Assembly: GCA_963794645.1 (NCBI GenBank)
Contig: CAWCEQ010000001.1
Location: 281,722-345,721, forward strand
DNA length: 64,000 bases
Direction of reading: 5' to 3'
DNA from: Vulcanimicrobiota bacterium
Lineage (GTDB): Bacteria; Vulcanimicrobiota; Vulcanimicrobiia; Vulcanimicrobiales; Vulcanimicrobiaceae
Shown: in pieces, positions 36,965 through 46,685 of the stretch
How positions within the stretch are numbered: position 1 is the first letter of the stretch
Layout: every line of letters begins with the position of its first letter
Made by a program: the position numbers and the translations under genes
Notes under the pieces: generated by a model
What the model saw: only the letters and a program-made list of their open reading frames with translations
The model's database searches: none
Told to the model about the DNA's origin: nothing

Positions 36965-38286
36965 ACGCGGCGACCGGCGAGATCGCCGAACTGCACGCGC
37001 GTCACGTTCTCACGCCGTGGGTCGCTCAGGGCGGCCGTACGCCGCCGCTCGTCGTACGCGGCGAGGGTTCGTACCTCTACGACGATCGCGGCACGCGCTA
37101 CATAGACTTTTCCGCGGGGCTCGTTGCGGTCAATCTCGGGCACGGCCACGCCGGCGTCGCCGACGCGATCGGCGAGCAGGCGCGCCGACTGGCCTATGCC
37201 GCACCGACCTTCGCGCACGATCGCCGTGCCGAACTGGCACGCGCCATCTCGGAGATCGCGCCCTGGAGCGAGGGAGCGCGAACGTTCTTTACGACCGGCG
37301 GCGGTGAGGCAAACGAAGACGCGCTCAAGTTCGCGCGCGTGCTCACCGGGCGTCACAAGATTCTCACCGCATACCGTTCGTTCCACGGCTCGGCACCGGG
37401 CGCGGGAACCTTATCGGGCGAGAACCGGCGCTGGCCGAACGAACCCGGCATACCCGGCGTCGTGCATTTCTTCGCGCCGTTTCCGTATCGCAGCCCGTTC
37501 CACACGCGCGATCCGCACGAAGAGACGCGGCGCGCGCTCGCGCACCTGGGAGAGGTCGTCTCGTACGAAGGCGCGGACCGCATTGCGGCGCTGCTCCTCG
37601 AGCCGGTCGTCGGCAGCAACGGCGTCGTCGTCTTCCCCGACGGCTATCTCGCCGGCGTGCGCGAGATCTGCGAACGCTACGGCATCCTGCTGATATTCGA
37701 CGAGGTCATGACCGGCTTCGGACGGACCGGAGCGGCCTTCGCGGCCGAGCGCTTCGGCGTCACGCCGGATATGATCACGTTCGCGAAGGGCGTCACCTCG
37801 GCATACGTGCCGCTCGGCGGCGTCGCCGTGCGCGAATCGCTCGCCGCGTACTTCGATTCGCATCCTCTCCCGAGCGGCCACACGTTCAGCGGCCACCCGG
37901 TCGCGATGGCCGCCGGCGTCGCGGCGCTCCAGGCGTATCGCGACGGGCGGCTCTTCGAGCGGGCGCTGGAGCTCGAAGGCGCCTTACGCGCGCGTTTTGC
38001 GGAACTCTCGGCTAAGCACGCGATCGTCGGCGAGACGCGGGGCGTCGGTGCTTTCTTCGGCATCGAGCTCGTCGCCGACCGGCAGACTCGCGAGCCGCTC
38101 GTTCCCTGGCAAGGGTCGCAGACGCTTGCGGGGTTCTTCGGCGATCTGCTGGCGCACGGTCTCTACGTGCTCGGACGGTACAACGTCGCCATCGTCGCGC
38201 CGCCGCTCACGATCGAAGAGAAGCAGCTCGACGAGGCCTTTGCGATCCTCGACGGCGCTCTGGCGCGCCTGGGCACGAGGGCGTGA
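36961..38286 (+). CDS. Class III (omega-amino acid / beta-alanine-pyruvate type) aminotransferase
   Basis: Motifs are YIDFSAGLVAVNLGHGH, FDEVMTGFGRTG and TFAKGVTSAYVPLGG (PLP Lys). The protein is 441 aa. Confidence 0.8.
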   Translation: MNAATGEIAELHARHVLTPWVAQGGRTPPLVVRGEGSYLYDDRGTRYIDFSAGLVAVNLGHGHAGVADAIGEQARRLAYAAPTFAHDRRAELARAISEIAPWSEGARTFFTTGGGEANEDALKFARVLTGRHKILTAYRSFHGSAPGAGTLSGENRRWPNEPGIPGVVHFFAPFPYRSPFHTRDPHEETRRALAHLGEVVSYEGADRIAALLLEPVVGSNGVVVFPDGYLAGVREICERYGILLIFDEVMTGFGRTGAAFAAERFGVTPDMITFAKGVTSAYVPLGGVAVRESLAAYFDSHPLPSGHTFSGHPVAMAAGVAALQAYRDGRLFERALELEGALRARFAELSAKHAIVGETRGVGAFFGIELVADRQTREPLVPWQGSQTLAGFFGDLLAHGLYVLGRYNVAIVAPPLTIEEKQLDEAFAILDGALARLGTRA

Positions 38287-39671
38287 CGCCGCACCGCGTT
38301 CTCGATAAGGCCACGCGCGAGGTCATCGGCGAGGTATCGCCGGCCGGCCGCGACGAGGTAGCGCGCATCGTCGCCGCCGCACGGGCCGCGTTCGCTTCGT
38401 GGTCGCAGGTGCCGGTGGTCGAGCGCGCGCGCCTGATGCTGCGCTATGCGAGCGCGCTCGAACTGCGCCGCGAAGATCTCTCGCTTTCCGTCTCGCGCGA
38501 GAACGGCAAGACGCTCGCCGACGCGCGGGCCGAGGTGCGTCGCGGCATCGAGGCGGTCGAGTTCGCCTGCGGCATGCCCTCGCTCATGATGGGAGACGCG
38601 CTCTCGGACGTCGCGCGCGGCATAGACTCGCATTCGGTGCGCTTGCCGCTCGGCGTCTGTGCGGGCATCACGCCGTTCAACTTCCCGGCGATGATCCCGC
38701 TGTGGATGTTTCCTCTCGCGATCGCGGCCGGCAACGCGTTCGTCATCAAACCCTCGCCGCACACGCCGCTCACCACCGAAATGCTCGCGGAGATATCCCG
38801 CGGCTGCGGGTTTCCCGAGGGCTTGCTCGGCGTCGTCCACGGGGGAGCCGACGTCTCCGAGGCGCTGATAGACAACCCGGACGTTGCCGCCGTATCGTTC
38901 GTCGGGTCCTCGCAGGCCGCGCGCGCCGTGCAAGAGCGCGCCGTCCGCGCCCACAAGCGCGTCCAGGCGCTGGGCGGTGCGAAGAACTACGTCGTCGTCA
39001 TGCCGGACGGGGTCAACGCGGCGACCTGCGATGCGGTGCTCTCGTCGGCGTTCGGCGGCGCCGGCCAGCGCTGTCTGGCGGGATCGGTCGTCGTCGCTGT
39101 CGGCGAAGCCGGCGAGACCTTCCCGCCGATGATCGAGCGCGCCGCCCGCGGGATCCGCATCGGCCGCGGTACGGACCACGGCGTCGAGATGGGGCCGGTC
39201 GTCGGCGACGAAGCGCTCGAGCGCATTCGCGGCTACGTCGAGCGGGCGCGCGGAAACGGCGCGCGCGTGCTGCTCGAAGGGGTGGAAGTCCCAGGCGGCG
39301 GCTTCTTCGCACCTCCGGTCATCTTCGACCACGTGGACCCGCAGAGCGAACTCGCGCGAGACGAGATCTTCGGGCCGGTGCTGGCAATCGTGCGCGCCGG
39401 CTCGCTCGACGAAGCGATAACGATCGCGAATGCGTCGCGCTACGGCAACGCTGCCTCGATATTCACGCGCGACGGAGGCAGCGCGCGGACGTTCGCGGCA
39501 CGCGTCGAGGCCGGGATGGTCGGGATCAACGTCGGCGTCGCCGCGCCGATGGCGTTCTTCCCGTTCGGCGGCATCAAGGATTCGATCTACGGCGATCTGC
39601 GCTGCCACGGCAAGGACGCCGTCGCGTTCTACACGCAGCAGCGCGTCGTTATGACGCGCTGGTTCTCCTAA
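38283..39671 (+). CDS. mmsA: CoA-acylating methylmalonate/malonate-semialdehyde dehydrogenase
   Basis: The GTG start overlaps the upstream stop. It has an ALDH core with ITPFNFPAMIPLWM, ALGGAKNY, the catalytic Cys in GQRCLAGS, and the MmsA-like tail FPFGGIKDSIYGDLRCHGKDAVAFYT. Confidence 0.75.
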   Translation: MTPHRVLDKATREVIGEVSPAGRDEVARIVAAARAAFASWSQVPVVERARLMLRYASALELRREDLSLSVSRENGKTLADARAEVRRGIEAVEFACGMPSLMMGDALSDVARGIDSHSVRLPLGVCAGITPFNFPAMIPLWMFPLAIAAGNAFVIKPSPHTPLTTEMLAEISRGCGFPEGLLGVVHGGADVSEALIDNPDVAAVSFVGSSQAARAVQERAVRAHKRVQALGGAKNYVVVMPDGVNAATCDAVLSSAFGGAGQRCLAGSVVVAVGEAGETFPPMIERAARGIRIGRGTDHGVEMGPVVGDEALERIRGYVERARGNGARVLLEGVEVPGGGFFAPPVIFDHVDPQSELARDEIFGPVLAIVRAGSLDEAITIANASRYGNAASIFTRDGGSARTFAARVEAGMVGINVGVAAPMAFFPFGGIKDSIYGDLRCHGKDAVAFYTQQRVVMTRWFS

Positions 39672-41004
39672 CCCGATACGAAAGCCAACCGGCCGCGACG
39701 AACGCGATAAACCAGTAGCCGAACCATCTCTGCGGCGGAGCCGGAACCGAATCGAAGAGCCACACGGTCGCCAAACAGAGCAAGATCAGTGCGATGCCCG
39801 AGATCGCGATATCCGCCGCGCGCATCGTTCCCAGCCGCTTGGCGTAGACGGCCGCCGCGACGGCGATGAGCGCGTAGATGAGGATGAACCCGAACGAACT
39901 GAGCAGGCCGCAGTTGTTGAAGACGTCCACCGGCGCCACGTGCGCGAGCAGCGAGGCCGCCGCGATCGCGAGCGTCGTCGCCGTGATGACGGTGACCGCT
40001 ACGTTGGGCGTATCGTGCTTGGGCTCGATCCGCGCGAACGCCGCCGGGAGAACGCCCGCTCCGGCCATCGCGTAGGCGATCCGGCCGCCGGTGGTGATGC
40101 AGGCCAGGCAGACGGAAAACGCGCTGGCCAGGGCGCCGATCGTGATCGGAACGTGCAGGTATCCCAAACCGTACGCATCCACCAGCGTTCCCAGCGGAAA
40201 CGATTCCTTGTCGAAGGGCTTGCCGATGTGCGCGAAGCCGACGATCTCCGCATACGTCGCCACGATGAAGAACGCGCTGGCGAAGAGGACGCTGCCGATC
40301 ACCGCTCGAGGAATCGTCACGAGCGGGCGCTTCGCCTCCGCGCCGAATGCGGTCGCGCTTTCGAAGCCGACGTAACTGAACACGGCTACCGCGATCGCGA
40401 GCCCGACGCCGCCGGGGAATCCGCCCCGCACGGTGACCTGCGCGAGATCGAGCCGCGGACCGTACGCGTGCAGCACGAACGCGACGAGCACGCAGATGAT
40501 CGTCACCGAGACGAGCTCGAGCACGAGCATGACGATCGCGGAAACCTGCACCCCGCGATACGCGGCTTGCCAAGCCGCAAGCGCGAAAACCGCGGCGATC
40601 GCGATCGGCGGTACGTGTATCCCGAAATCGTCGAGCATGAGCCCGGCGAAGAGCGCCATCGCGCCGAGCACGGCGGTCGCCACGAACCCGTACGCCCAGA
40701 GCAGCGTCCAGCCCGCGACCGCTCCCGCCGCCGGTCCTAAGTGCTCGGCCACGTAGCCGTACATCGAACCGGCCGCGCTGGAACGACGCGCGAATTGATC
40801 GATGCAGAACGCGACGAAGACGAGCATCGTCCCGCCGAAGACGTACGCGGCCCACGTGCCGTTGCCGGCCGTCGCGAACATGTACGGCGCGATGAGAATC
40901 GGCGTCATGCTCGGCCCAATCAGCGCAACCGAGGTCGCCAAGACCTCTATGAAAGTCAGCGACCCGGCTTTGAGTGCGGCCGGATCGCGTGCGGCATCGT
41001 TCAC
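39649..41004 (-). CDS. APC-family amino acid / polyamine permease
   Basis: About 12 predicted hydrophobic segments are present. The motif FSYVGFESATAFGAEAKRP is typical of APC transporters. GTG 41004 is tentative. The N-terminal 175 codons of the track ORF overlap the divergent TPM gene and look non-coding. Confidence 0.75.
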   Translation of the reverse strand: MNDAARDPAALKAGSLTFIEVLATSVALIGPSMTPILIAPYMFATAGNGTWAAYVFGGTMLVFVAFCIDQFARRSSAAGSMYGYVAEHLGPAAGAVAGWTLLWAYGFVATAVLGAMALFAGLMLDDFGIHVPPIAIAAVFALAAWQAAYRGVQVSAIVMLVLELVSVTIICVLVAFVLHAYGPRLDLAQVTVRGGFPGGVGLAIAVAVFSYVGFESATAFGAEAKRPLVTIPRAVIGSVLFASAFFIVATYAEIVGFAHIGKPFDKESFPLGTLVDAYGLGYLHVPITIGALASAFSVCLACITTGGRIAYAMAGAGVLPAAFARIEPKHDTPNVAVTVITATTLAIAAASLLAHVAPVDVFNNCGLLSSFGFILIYALIAVAAAVYAKRLGTMRAADIAISGIALILLCLATVWLFDSVPAPPQRWFGYWFIAFVAAGWLSYRVRRTSAS

Positions 41005-41046
41005 AGGCCGACGAAACTTCGCCGCCGGGCCGCGGTAGGACTGCGC

Positions 41047-42075
41047 ATGAAGCCGATTTCGACGACGCTCGCGGCTGCCGCGGGCCTGTTCGCAGCGCTC
41101 TCCCTCGGCAGCGCCGCGCCGGCGGCCGCGCGGGACTTCGTCCAGGACCAGGCCGGCATGTTCTCCGCCGGCACGGTTGCCGCGCTGAACTCCCGGATCG
41201 GCAACTTCAACGCGCAGACCGGCAAGGAGATCGTCGTCGTGACGACGCCGACGCTGGGCGGGGCGACCCTGCAAGACGCGGCGGCGCAGACCTTCGCTCA
41301 GCAGCGCGTGAACGGCGTCCTCGTCTACATCGCGCGCGACGACCGGCGCGACATCATCGTTCCCGATCGCGCAGGCGCGCAAGCGGGATGGTTCACGCCC
41401 GACGTGCTGCTCTCGATTCGCTCCGGTATGGAAGCGCAGTTCAAAGCCGAGTCCTACGACGCCGGGATCACGGGCGCCGTCGATGCGATTCTGAACGTCT
41501 ATCGCGCCCATACGGGCTCGCTCCCGCAAGCCGGTTCGAGCGGTGCGCTCGCGCCGACGCGGACCGCACCGTCTCGTGGAGGAGGCATTCCAATGTTTGG
41601 GTGGATCGTCATTGCCATCGTCGGCTTTCTAATCGTGCGTTCTCTGATGCGTTCGTTCGCCGGTCCGCGGGCGTACGGTCCGCCGGGCGCTCCCGGCATG
41701 CCGCCGGGCGGGGCGCCGGGATACGGCCCCGGCTACGGTTACGGAGGCGGCGGTTACGGGGGCGGCGGCGGCAGCTTCTGGAGCGGTTTGCTCGGCGGCC
41801 TCGGCGGCGCGTGGCTCGGTAACGAGCTCTTCCGCGGTGGCGGCGGGGGCGGCGGCATCGCGCCGATGGATGCGGGCCAAGGCGCCGCAGGCTCGGCCGG
41901 CGGTTGGGGAGGCGGCGGCGACGCCGGCGGCTGGCAAAGCGATGCGGGCCAAGCCGATATGGGCGCGTCGAGCGCAGGAGACTGGAGCGGCGGCGGCTTC
42001 GGCGGCGGTGACGGCGGCGGAATGGGCGGCGGCGATTTCGGCGGCGGAGGCGGCGACAGCGGCGGCGGCTGGTAA
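41047..42075 (+). CDS. TPM-domain (TLP18.3/Psb32/MOLO-1 family) membrane protein with Gly-rich C-terminal tail
   Basis: ATG 41047 gives the signal peptide MKPISTTLAAAAGLFAALSLGSAAPAAA. It continues with FVQDQAGMFS...EIVVVTTPTLGG, then a TM helix FGWIVIAIVGFLIV, then a GGGG(Y/F/W/D) low-complexity tail. Confidence 0.8.
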   Translation: MKPISTTLAAAAGLFAALSLGSAAPAAARDFVQDQAGMFSAGTVAALNSRIGNFNAQTGKEIVVVTTPTLGGATLQDAAAQTFAQQRVNGVLVYIARDDRRDIIVPDRAGAQAGWFTPDVLLSIRSGMEAQFKAESYDAGITGAVDAILNVYRAHTGSLPQAGSSGALAPTRTAPSRGGGIPMFGWIVIAIVGFLIVRSLMRSFAGPRAYGPPGAPGMPPGGAPGYGPGYGYGGGGYGGGGGSFWSGLLGGLGGAWLGNELFRGGGGGGGIAPMDAGQGAAGSAGGWGGGGDAGGWQSDAGQADMGASSAGDWSGGGFGGGDGGGMGGGDFGGGGGDSGGGW

Positions 42076-42110
42076 GCGCAGCCCACAAGGCGAGCTTCGG
42101 CAAGGTACCT

Positions 42111-42139
42111 AAAGCACGCGTCCATGCGACGCGTGCTTT
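42111..42139 (+). terminator. Perfect 12-bp hairpin (terminator-like for the TPM gene) whose 5-nt loop contains the ATG of the next gene
   Basis: AAAGCACGCGTC (42111..42122) is the exact reverse complement of GACGCGTGCTTT (42128..42139). The loop CATGC includes ATG 42124. T/C-rich sequence follows. Confidence 0.5.
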
Positions 42140-45100
42140 CGTCTCTTCTCACCATCGCTCTGCTCGCGCCGGCGGCGGCCGCTGCCGCGCCGTCGAGCGG
42201 CGAGGCTTCCGCCTATGCCGGTGCACTGCACTGGCGGCTCATCGGACCGTTTCGCGGAGGGCGCGCGCTCGCGGTGACCGGCGTGCCCGGCGAACCGAAT
42301 CACTTTTACTTCGGCGCGGTGGACGGCGGAATCTGGGAGAGCCGCGATGCGGGCCGCACCTGGACCCCGATCTTCGACGCGCAGAACGTCGCCTCGATCG
42401 GCGCGATCGCGGTGGCGCCGAGCGACCCGCGCACGATCTACGCCGGCACCGGCGAGGCCGATATGCGCTCGGATATCGCCTACGGCGACGGCGTCTACAA
42501 ATCCACCGACGGCGGCGCTACCTGGAAGCACGCCGGGCTGAGCGAGACCTATCAGATCGGCGCGATCGTGGTTGACCCGCACGATCCAAACGTCGCCTAC
42601 GTTGCGGCGCTCGGGCACCCGTACGCGTCCAACGCCGAGCGCGGCGTCTTCAAAACGACCGACGGCGGAGCCACGTGGAGCAAGGTGCTCTACAACGACG
42701 CGAATACCGGCGCCATCTCGCTGGCAATGGAACCCGACGATCCGCACGTTCTCTACGCCGCGCTCTGGCAGACGCGCCGCCCACCCTGGAACGTGTATCC
42801 GCCTTCCAACGGTCCGGGCAGCGGACTTTATAAATCCGCGGACGGCGGCGCGACCTGGACGCATCTGACGAACGGCTTACCTGCAAACGTCGGCCACATC
42901 GGCCTCTCCACCTCGCCCGCGGCGCCGCATCGCGTCTATGCGATGGTAGACGCCGCGCCGGGCATGGGAGGCGTCTACCGTTCCGACGACGCCGGCGCCA
43001 CCTGGACGCATCTCGACGGCGAGCAGCGCATCTGGCAGCGCGGCTGGTATTTCGGCGGCATCACCGCCGATCCGCACGATGCCGACGTCGTCTACGTCAT
43101 GAACACGGCGACGTACCGTTCGACCGACGGCGGAAAGAGCTTCGATGCGATCCTGGGCGACCCGACCGGCGACGATTTCCACATCCTCTGGATAGACCCC
43201 ACAGATTCGCAGCGGATGATTTTAGGCAGCGATCAAGGCGTCGTCGTGAGCGTGAACCGCGCGAAAACGTGGAGCTCTTGGTACAACCAGCCCACCGCGC
43301 AGTTCTACCACGTTGCGACCGACAACGCACTTGCGTACTCGGCATACGGCGCGCAGCAAGACTCCGGCGCGGCGATGCAGACCAGCGCGAGCCGCTACGG
43401 CACGATCTCGAACCAGGACTTCCGGCCGATTGACGTCGGCGGCGAGAGCGGCCAGATCGCGCCGGATCCCGCGCACCCCGGCCTCGTCTACGGCAGCGGC
43501 GGCTCGGGCGTCACGCGCGAGATCCCGGCGACCGGCTGGGAACAGAACGTTGACCCGGCCCTCGCGCACCCGGCGGTCGTCTGGCGCAACACCTGGACGC
43601 TGCCGATCGTCTTCTCTCCGGCGGACCGCACGTCGCTCTACTACGGCCATCAGAACGTCTTTCGCTCGCGCGACGGCGGCCGCACGTGGACGATCGTGAG
43701 CCCGGATCTCTCCCGCGCCGACGAAGGTACGCCTGCGAATCTCGATCCGGCCACGCTGGCCGAGAGCAACGGCGTGCAGCGGCACGGCGTCGTCTACACG
43801 ATCGCGCCTTCGCCGCTGCGCGCGGACACGATCTGGGCCGGTACCGACGACGGCTACCTCTGGCGTGGCCGCGCTGCGTCGTCGTCCGGCTCGATAGCCT
43901 GGCGCAACGTGACGCCCCCGGCGCTGACCGCCTGGAGCAAAGTGACTGGGATCGAGGCCTCGCACTTCGATGCGGCCACGGCATACGTCGCGGTGGACCG
44001 CCACCGCCTCGACGACTACGCGCCGTACATCTACCGAACGCGCGACGGCGGCGCGACCTGGAGCGCGATCGCGAACGGCATTCCGAACGGCGCGTTCGTC
44101 AACGTCGTTCGAGAAGACCCGGTGCGGCGCGGCCTGCTCTATGCGGGAACCGAAAGAGGCATCTATCTGTCGTTCGACGACGGCGCGCACTGGCAGAGCC
44201 TTCAGCAAAACCTGCCGGTCACGTCGGTTCGAGATATCGCCGTGCACGGCGACGATCTCGTCGTAGCGACGCACGGACGCGCCTTCTGGGTGATGGACGA
44301 CGTCGCGCCGCTGCGCGAGGTCTCGGAGAGCGCGCTCTCGGGCGGTGCGTACCTCTACGCGCCCGCGCGCGCGATTCGTCTGCGGCCGCTCAACCAAGAA
44401 GGGACGCCTCTGCCGCTCGACGAGCCGCAGAGCGACAACGCGCCGGTCGGGCTCTATATAGACTACTACCTGCCCGACGTTTCGGGTACGCCGGTGACGA
44501 TCGAGGTGCTCGCCCGCGACGGAAGCGTCGTGCGCCGGTGGTCGAGTTCGGAGCCTCCCAAGGCCGTGGACCCGAAGTCGGTTCCGTTCACGGCGCACTG
44601 GATTCCCGAGAACCCCGTGCCGCCGGCAACCGCCGGCGCGCACCGGTTCGTCTGGGACTTTCACGAAGGCTCGCCTGACGGAGCGCTCGTTCCGCCCGGA
44701 ACGTATACGGTGCGTCTGAGCGCGGGCGGGAAGACGCTCGAACGTCAAGCGATCGTCGTGCGCGATCCGCGCGTCGCGGCAACCGACGCGGATCTGCTCG
44801 CGCAGTACGAGCTAGCGCGTCAAATCGAACGTACGCGCGAGCAGGTGCGAGCGGCGCGCGCACGTGCGGAAAAGCTCGCCGCGACGATGCCTCCGACGCC
44901 GGCAAGCATCGTGCGCGGCCAGATCGCCGGCGAGGAACCGGCCTCCAATCCGGACGACTCGATGGGCGCCTACTCCCACGATTTCGCGAGCTTCCTGTAC
45001 CTCGGCAACGCGCTCGATTACTTGGAGAGCGCGGTCGAGAGCGCCGACGCGGCGCCGACGCCCGACATGCGCGCCGGCTACGCCAGGCTCGAAGCGATCT

Positions 45101-45144
45101 ACCGCGCGACGTTGGCGCGGCTGGATGCGATAAAGGAGCGCTGA
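42124..45144 (+). CDS. Secreted BNR/Asp-box repeat protein, sortilin/VPS10-like beta-propeller
   Basis: 1006 aa with signal peptide MRRVLSSLLTIALLAPAAAAAA. Asp-boxes include SRDAGRTW, STDGGATW, TTDGGATW, SADGGATW, SDDAGATW, SRDGGRTW and TRDGGATW. It is a paralog of 1..2971. Confidence 0.85.
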   Translation: MRRVLSSLLTIALLAPAAAAAAPSSGEASAYAGALHWRLIGPFRGGRALAVTGVPGEPNHFYFGAVDGGIWESRDAGRTWTPIFDAQNVASIGAIAVAPSDPRTIYAGTGEADMRSDIAYGDGVYKSTDGGATWKHAGLSETYQIGAIVVDPHDPNVAYVAALGHPYASNAERGVFKTTDGGATWSKVLYNDANTGAISLAMEPDDPHVLYAALWQTRRPPWNVYPPSNGPGSGLYKSADGGATWTHLTNGLPANVGHIGLSTSPAAPHRVYAMVDAAPGMGGVYRSDDAGATWTHLDGEQRIWQRGWYFGGITADPHDADVVYVMNTATYRSTDGGKSFDAILGDPTGDDFHILWIDPTDSQRMILGSDQGVVVSVNRAKTWSSWYNQPTAQFYHVATDNALAYSAYGAQQDSGAAMQTSASRYGTISNQDFRPIDVGGESGQIAPDPAHPGLVYGSGGSGVTREIPATGWEQNVDPALAHPAVVWRNTWTLPIVFSPADRTSLYYGHQNVFRSRDGGRTWTIVSPDLSRADEGTPANLDPATLAESNGVQRHGVVYTIAPSPLRADTIWAGTDDGYLWRGRAASSSGSIAWRNVTPPALTAWSKVTGIEASHFDAATAYVAVDRHRLDDYAPYIYRTRDGGATWSAIANGIPNGAFVNVVREDPVRRGLLYAGTERGIYLSFDDGAHWQSLQQNLPVTSVRDIAVHGDDLVVATHGRAFWVMDDVAPLREVSESALSGGAYLYAPARAIRLRPLNQEGTPLPLDEPQSDNAPVGLYIDYYLPDVSGTPVTIEVLARDGSVVRRWSSSEPPKAVDPKSVPFTAHWIPENPVPPATAGAHRFVWDFHEGSPDGALVPPGTYTVRLSAGGKTLERQAIVVRDPRVAATDADLLAQYELARQIERTREQVRAARARAEKLAATMPPTPASIVRGQIAGEEPASNPDDSMGAYSHDFASFLYLGNALDYLESAVESADAAPTPDMRAGYARLEAIYRATLARLDAIKER

Positions 45145-45149
45145 CCTAT

Positions 45150-46685
45150 CTAGCGGCCCGCCTGCAGCGTCTGCGCGTACCAGCCTTCGAGGTCGTCGTG
45201 GAACTGCGAGAGGGCCTCGGGGTGCAGATAGACCATGTGGCCGGCTTCGTAAAAGCCGTAGCTGATGTTGCGCTGCAGGTCGGGCGAGAGGTTCATGTGG
45301 TTGAGCGTGTACACGGTCGCAAAATACGGCGTCGCGAAATCGTAGTACCCGTTAGCCGAAAATACGCGTAGGTTCGGGTTGTACGCCATCGCAGCGGCGA
45401 GGTCTTGGGCCGTGTTCGTCGGCACGCTCCCGTTATGCGTCCAATCCCATTGCGAGAAAAAGCTCGCGATCGGCCGGTAGATCAGCGAGGTGTGGTAGCC
45501 GAGCACCCCACGCATGTACGCGTTGCCCGTGGCGACGTACGCCGCGTCCATGGAAGCATCCGTGGCGTCGAAGTCGGGGCGGTCCGAGATCCGATCCAGC
45601 GCGTACGAGGTATAGCGGCCGTCGAGACGCCCCAGCGTCGTGCCGCTGTTGCGGAAGAGCTCCGTCGAGTAGCGCCAGTAGGGTACGCGCAGGTTCGATT
45701 CGCGGATGTAGCTTTCCGAGAGCCCGGTGTAGCGGTGCAGCTTCGCCGCGACGTCGCTGAAGGTCGCCGGCGACAGGCGCGAACCTTGCGCCAGCGCGTT
45801 CAGATACTCGCCCATCGCGAACGTCTGCACTTCGTTCAAAAACGTTTGCAGGTTCGGGGGCTGGTTCGGCAGCGCGTGATGGTACCAGGACGATGCGGCT
45901 TCCGTCGGCAGATAAAGCGGGAATGCCCAGTCGCCGCCGCCGATCGCCGTTGGCGTAAAGTTCACATCCCAGTCCAATCCAAAATCGAGAACGGACGAGA
46001 GGAGCACCACGCCGTTCATGCCCATGCCGGATCGCTGCAGCGCATTGACGAGCATCGCCGTGCGCGGCGTACCGTAGGATTCGCCGAACAAGAACTTCGG
46101 CGAGTTCCAGCGGCCGAACGTGTTGACGTACCGCGTGACGAACTGAGTGAACGCCTTGACGTCCGGATCCACGCCCAAAAAGTCGGCGGGCTTTCCGGCG
46201 CCGCCTATGCGGCTGAACCCGGTGTCGGGCGCGTCCACGAAGACGAGATCGCTGCGGTCGAGCAGCGAGTACTGATTGTCCACCAGCGTGAAGGGCGCGT
46301 TCGGCGTCGGGACGCCGTCGCCGACCTGCACGCGGACGGGACCGAACGATCCCATGCGCAACCAGATGGACGAACTGCCCGGACCGCCGTTGTAGAGGAA
46401 GGTCACCGGGCGCGTGCGCGGATCCGCACCGTCCACCGTGAACGCGGTGTAGAACATCCGGCAGGTCGTAGCACCCTGCGCGTTCTGCAAGGCGATCGTA
46501 CCGGCGCGCGCCGTGTACGGATAGATCTTGCCGCCCAGCGTGATCGTATGGGACGTCACGGAGTCGGGCGTCTCTCCGCTCGGCGCAGCGGCCGCCGCCT
46601 GCGGAGCGGGCGAGGGCGCCGCCCCCAGCAGCACGGCGAGTGCGGCGACGGCCGCGGCTCTAACGATTCGATAGTGTACGAGCAT
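45150..46685 (-). CDS. Secreted S10 serine carboxypeptidase family protein
   Basis: ATG 46685 (MLVHYRIVRAAAVAALAVLL) is preferred to the track start. Motifs are FLYNGGPGSSSIWLRMG and the catalytic Ser motif FGESYG. Confidence 0.8.
   Translation of the reverse strand: MLVHYRIVRAAAVAALAVLLGAAPSPAPQAAAAAPSGETPDSVTSHTITLGGKIYPYTARAGTIALQNAQGATTCRMFYTAFTVDGADPRTRPVTFLYNGGPGSSSIWLRMGSFGPVRVQVGDGVPTPNAPFTLVDNQYSLLDRSDLVFVDAPDTGFSRIGGAGKPADFLGVDPDVKAFTQFVTRYVNTFGRWNSPKFLFGESYGTPRTAMLVNALQRSGMGMNGVVLLSSVLDFGLDWDVNFTPTAIGGGDWAFPLYLPTEAASSWYHHALPNQPPNLQTFLNEVQTFAMGEYLNALAQGSRLSPATFSDVAAKLHRYTGLSESYIRESNLRVPYWRYSTELFRNSGTTLGRLDGRYTSYALDRISDRPDFDATDASMDAAYVATGNAYMRGVLGYHTSLIYRPIASFFSQWDWTHNGSVPTNTAQDLAAAMAYNPNLRVFSANGYYDFATPYFATVYTLNHMNLSPDLQRNISYGFYEAGHMVYLHPEALSQFHDDLEGWYAQTLQAGR

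Noticed and set aside
41690-42075. GGC/GGN-rich repetitive DNA considered as a tandem repeat or array
   Set aside because: It is in frame within the TPM-domain gene and encodes a Gly-rich low-complexity tail. It has no spacer-repeat organisation.
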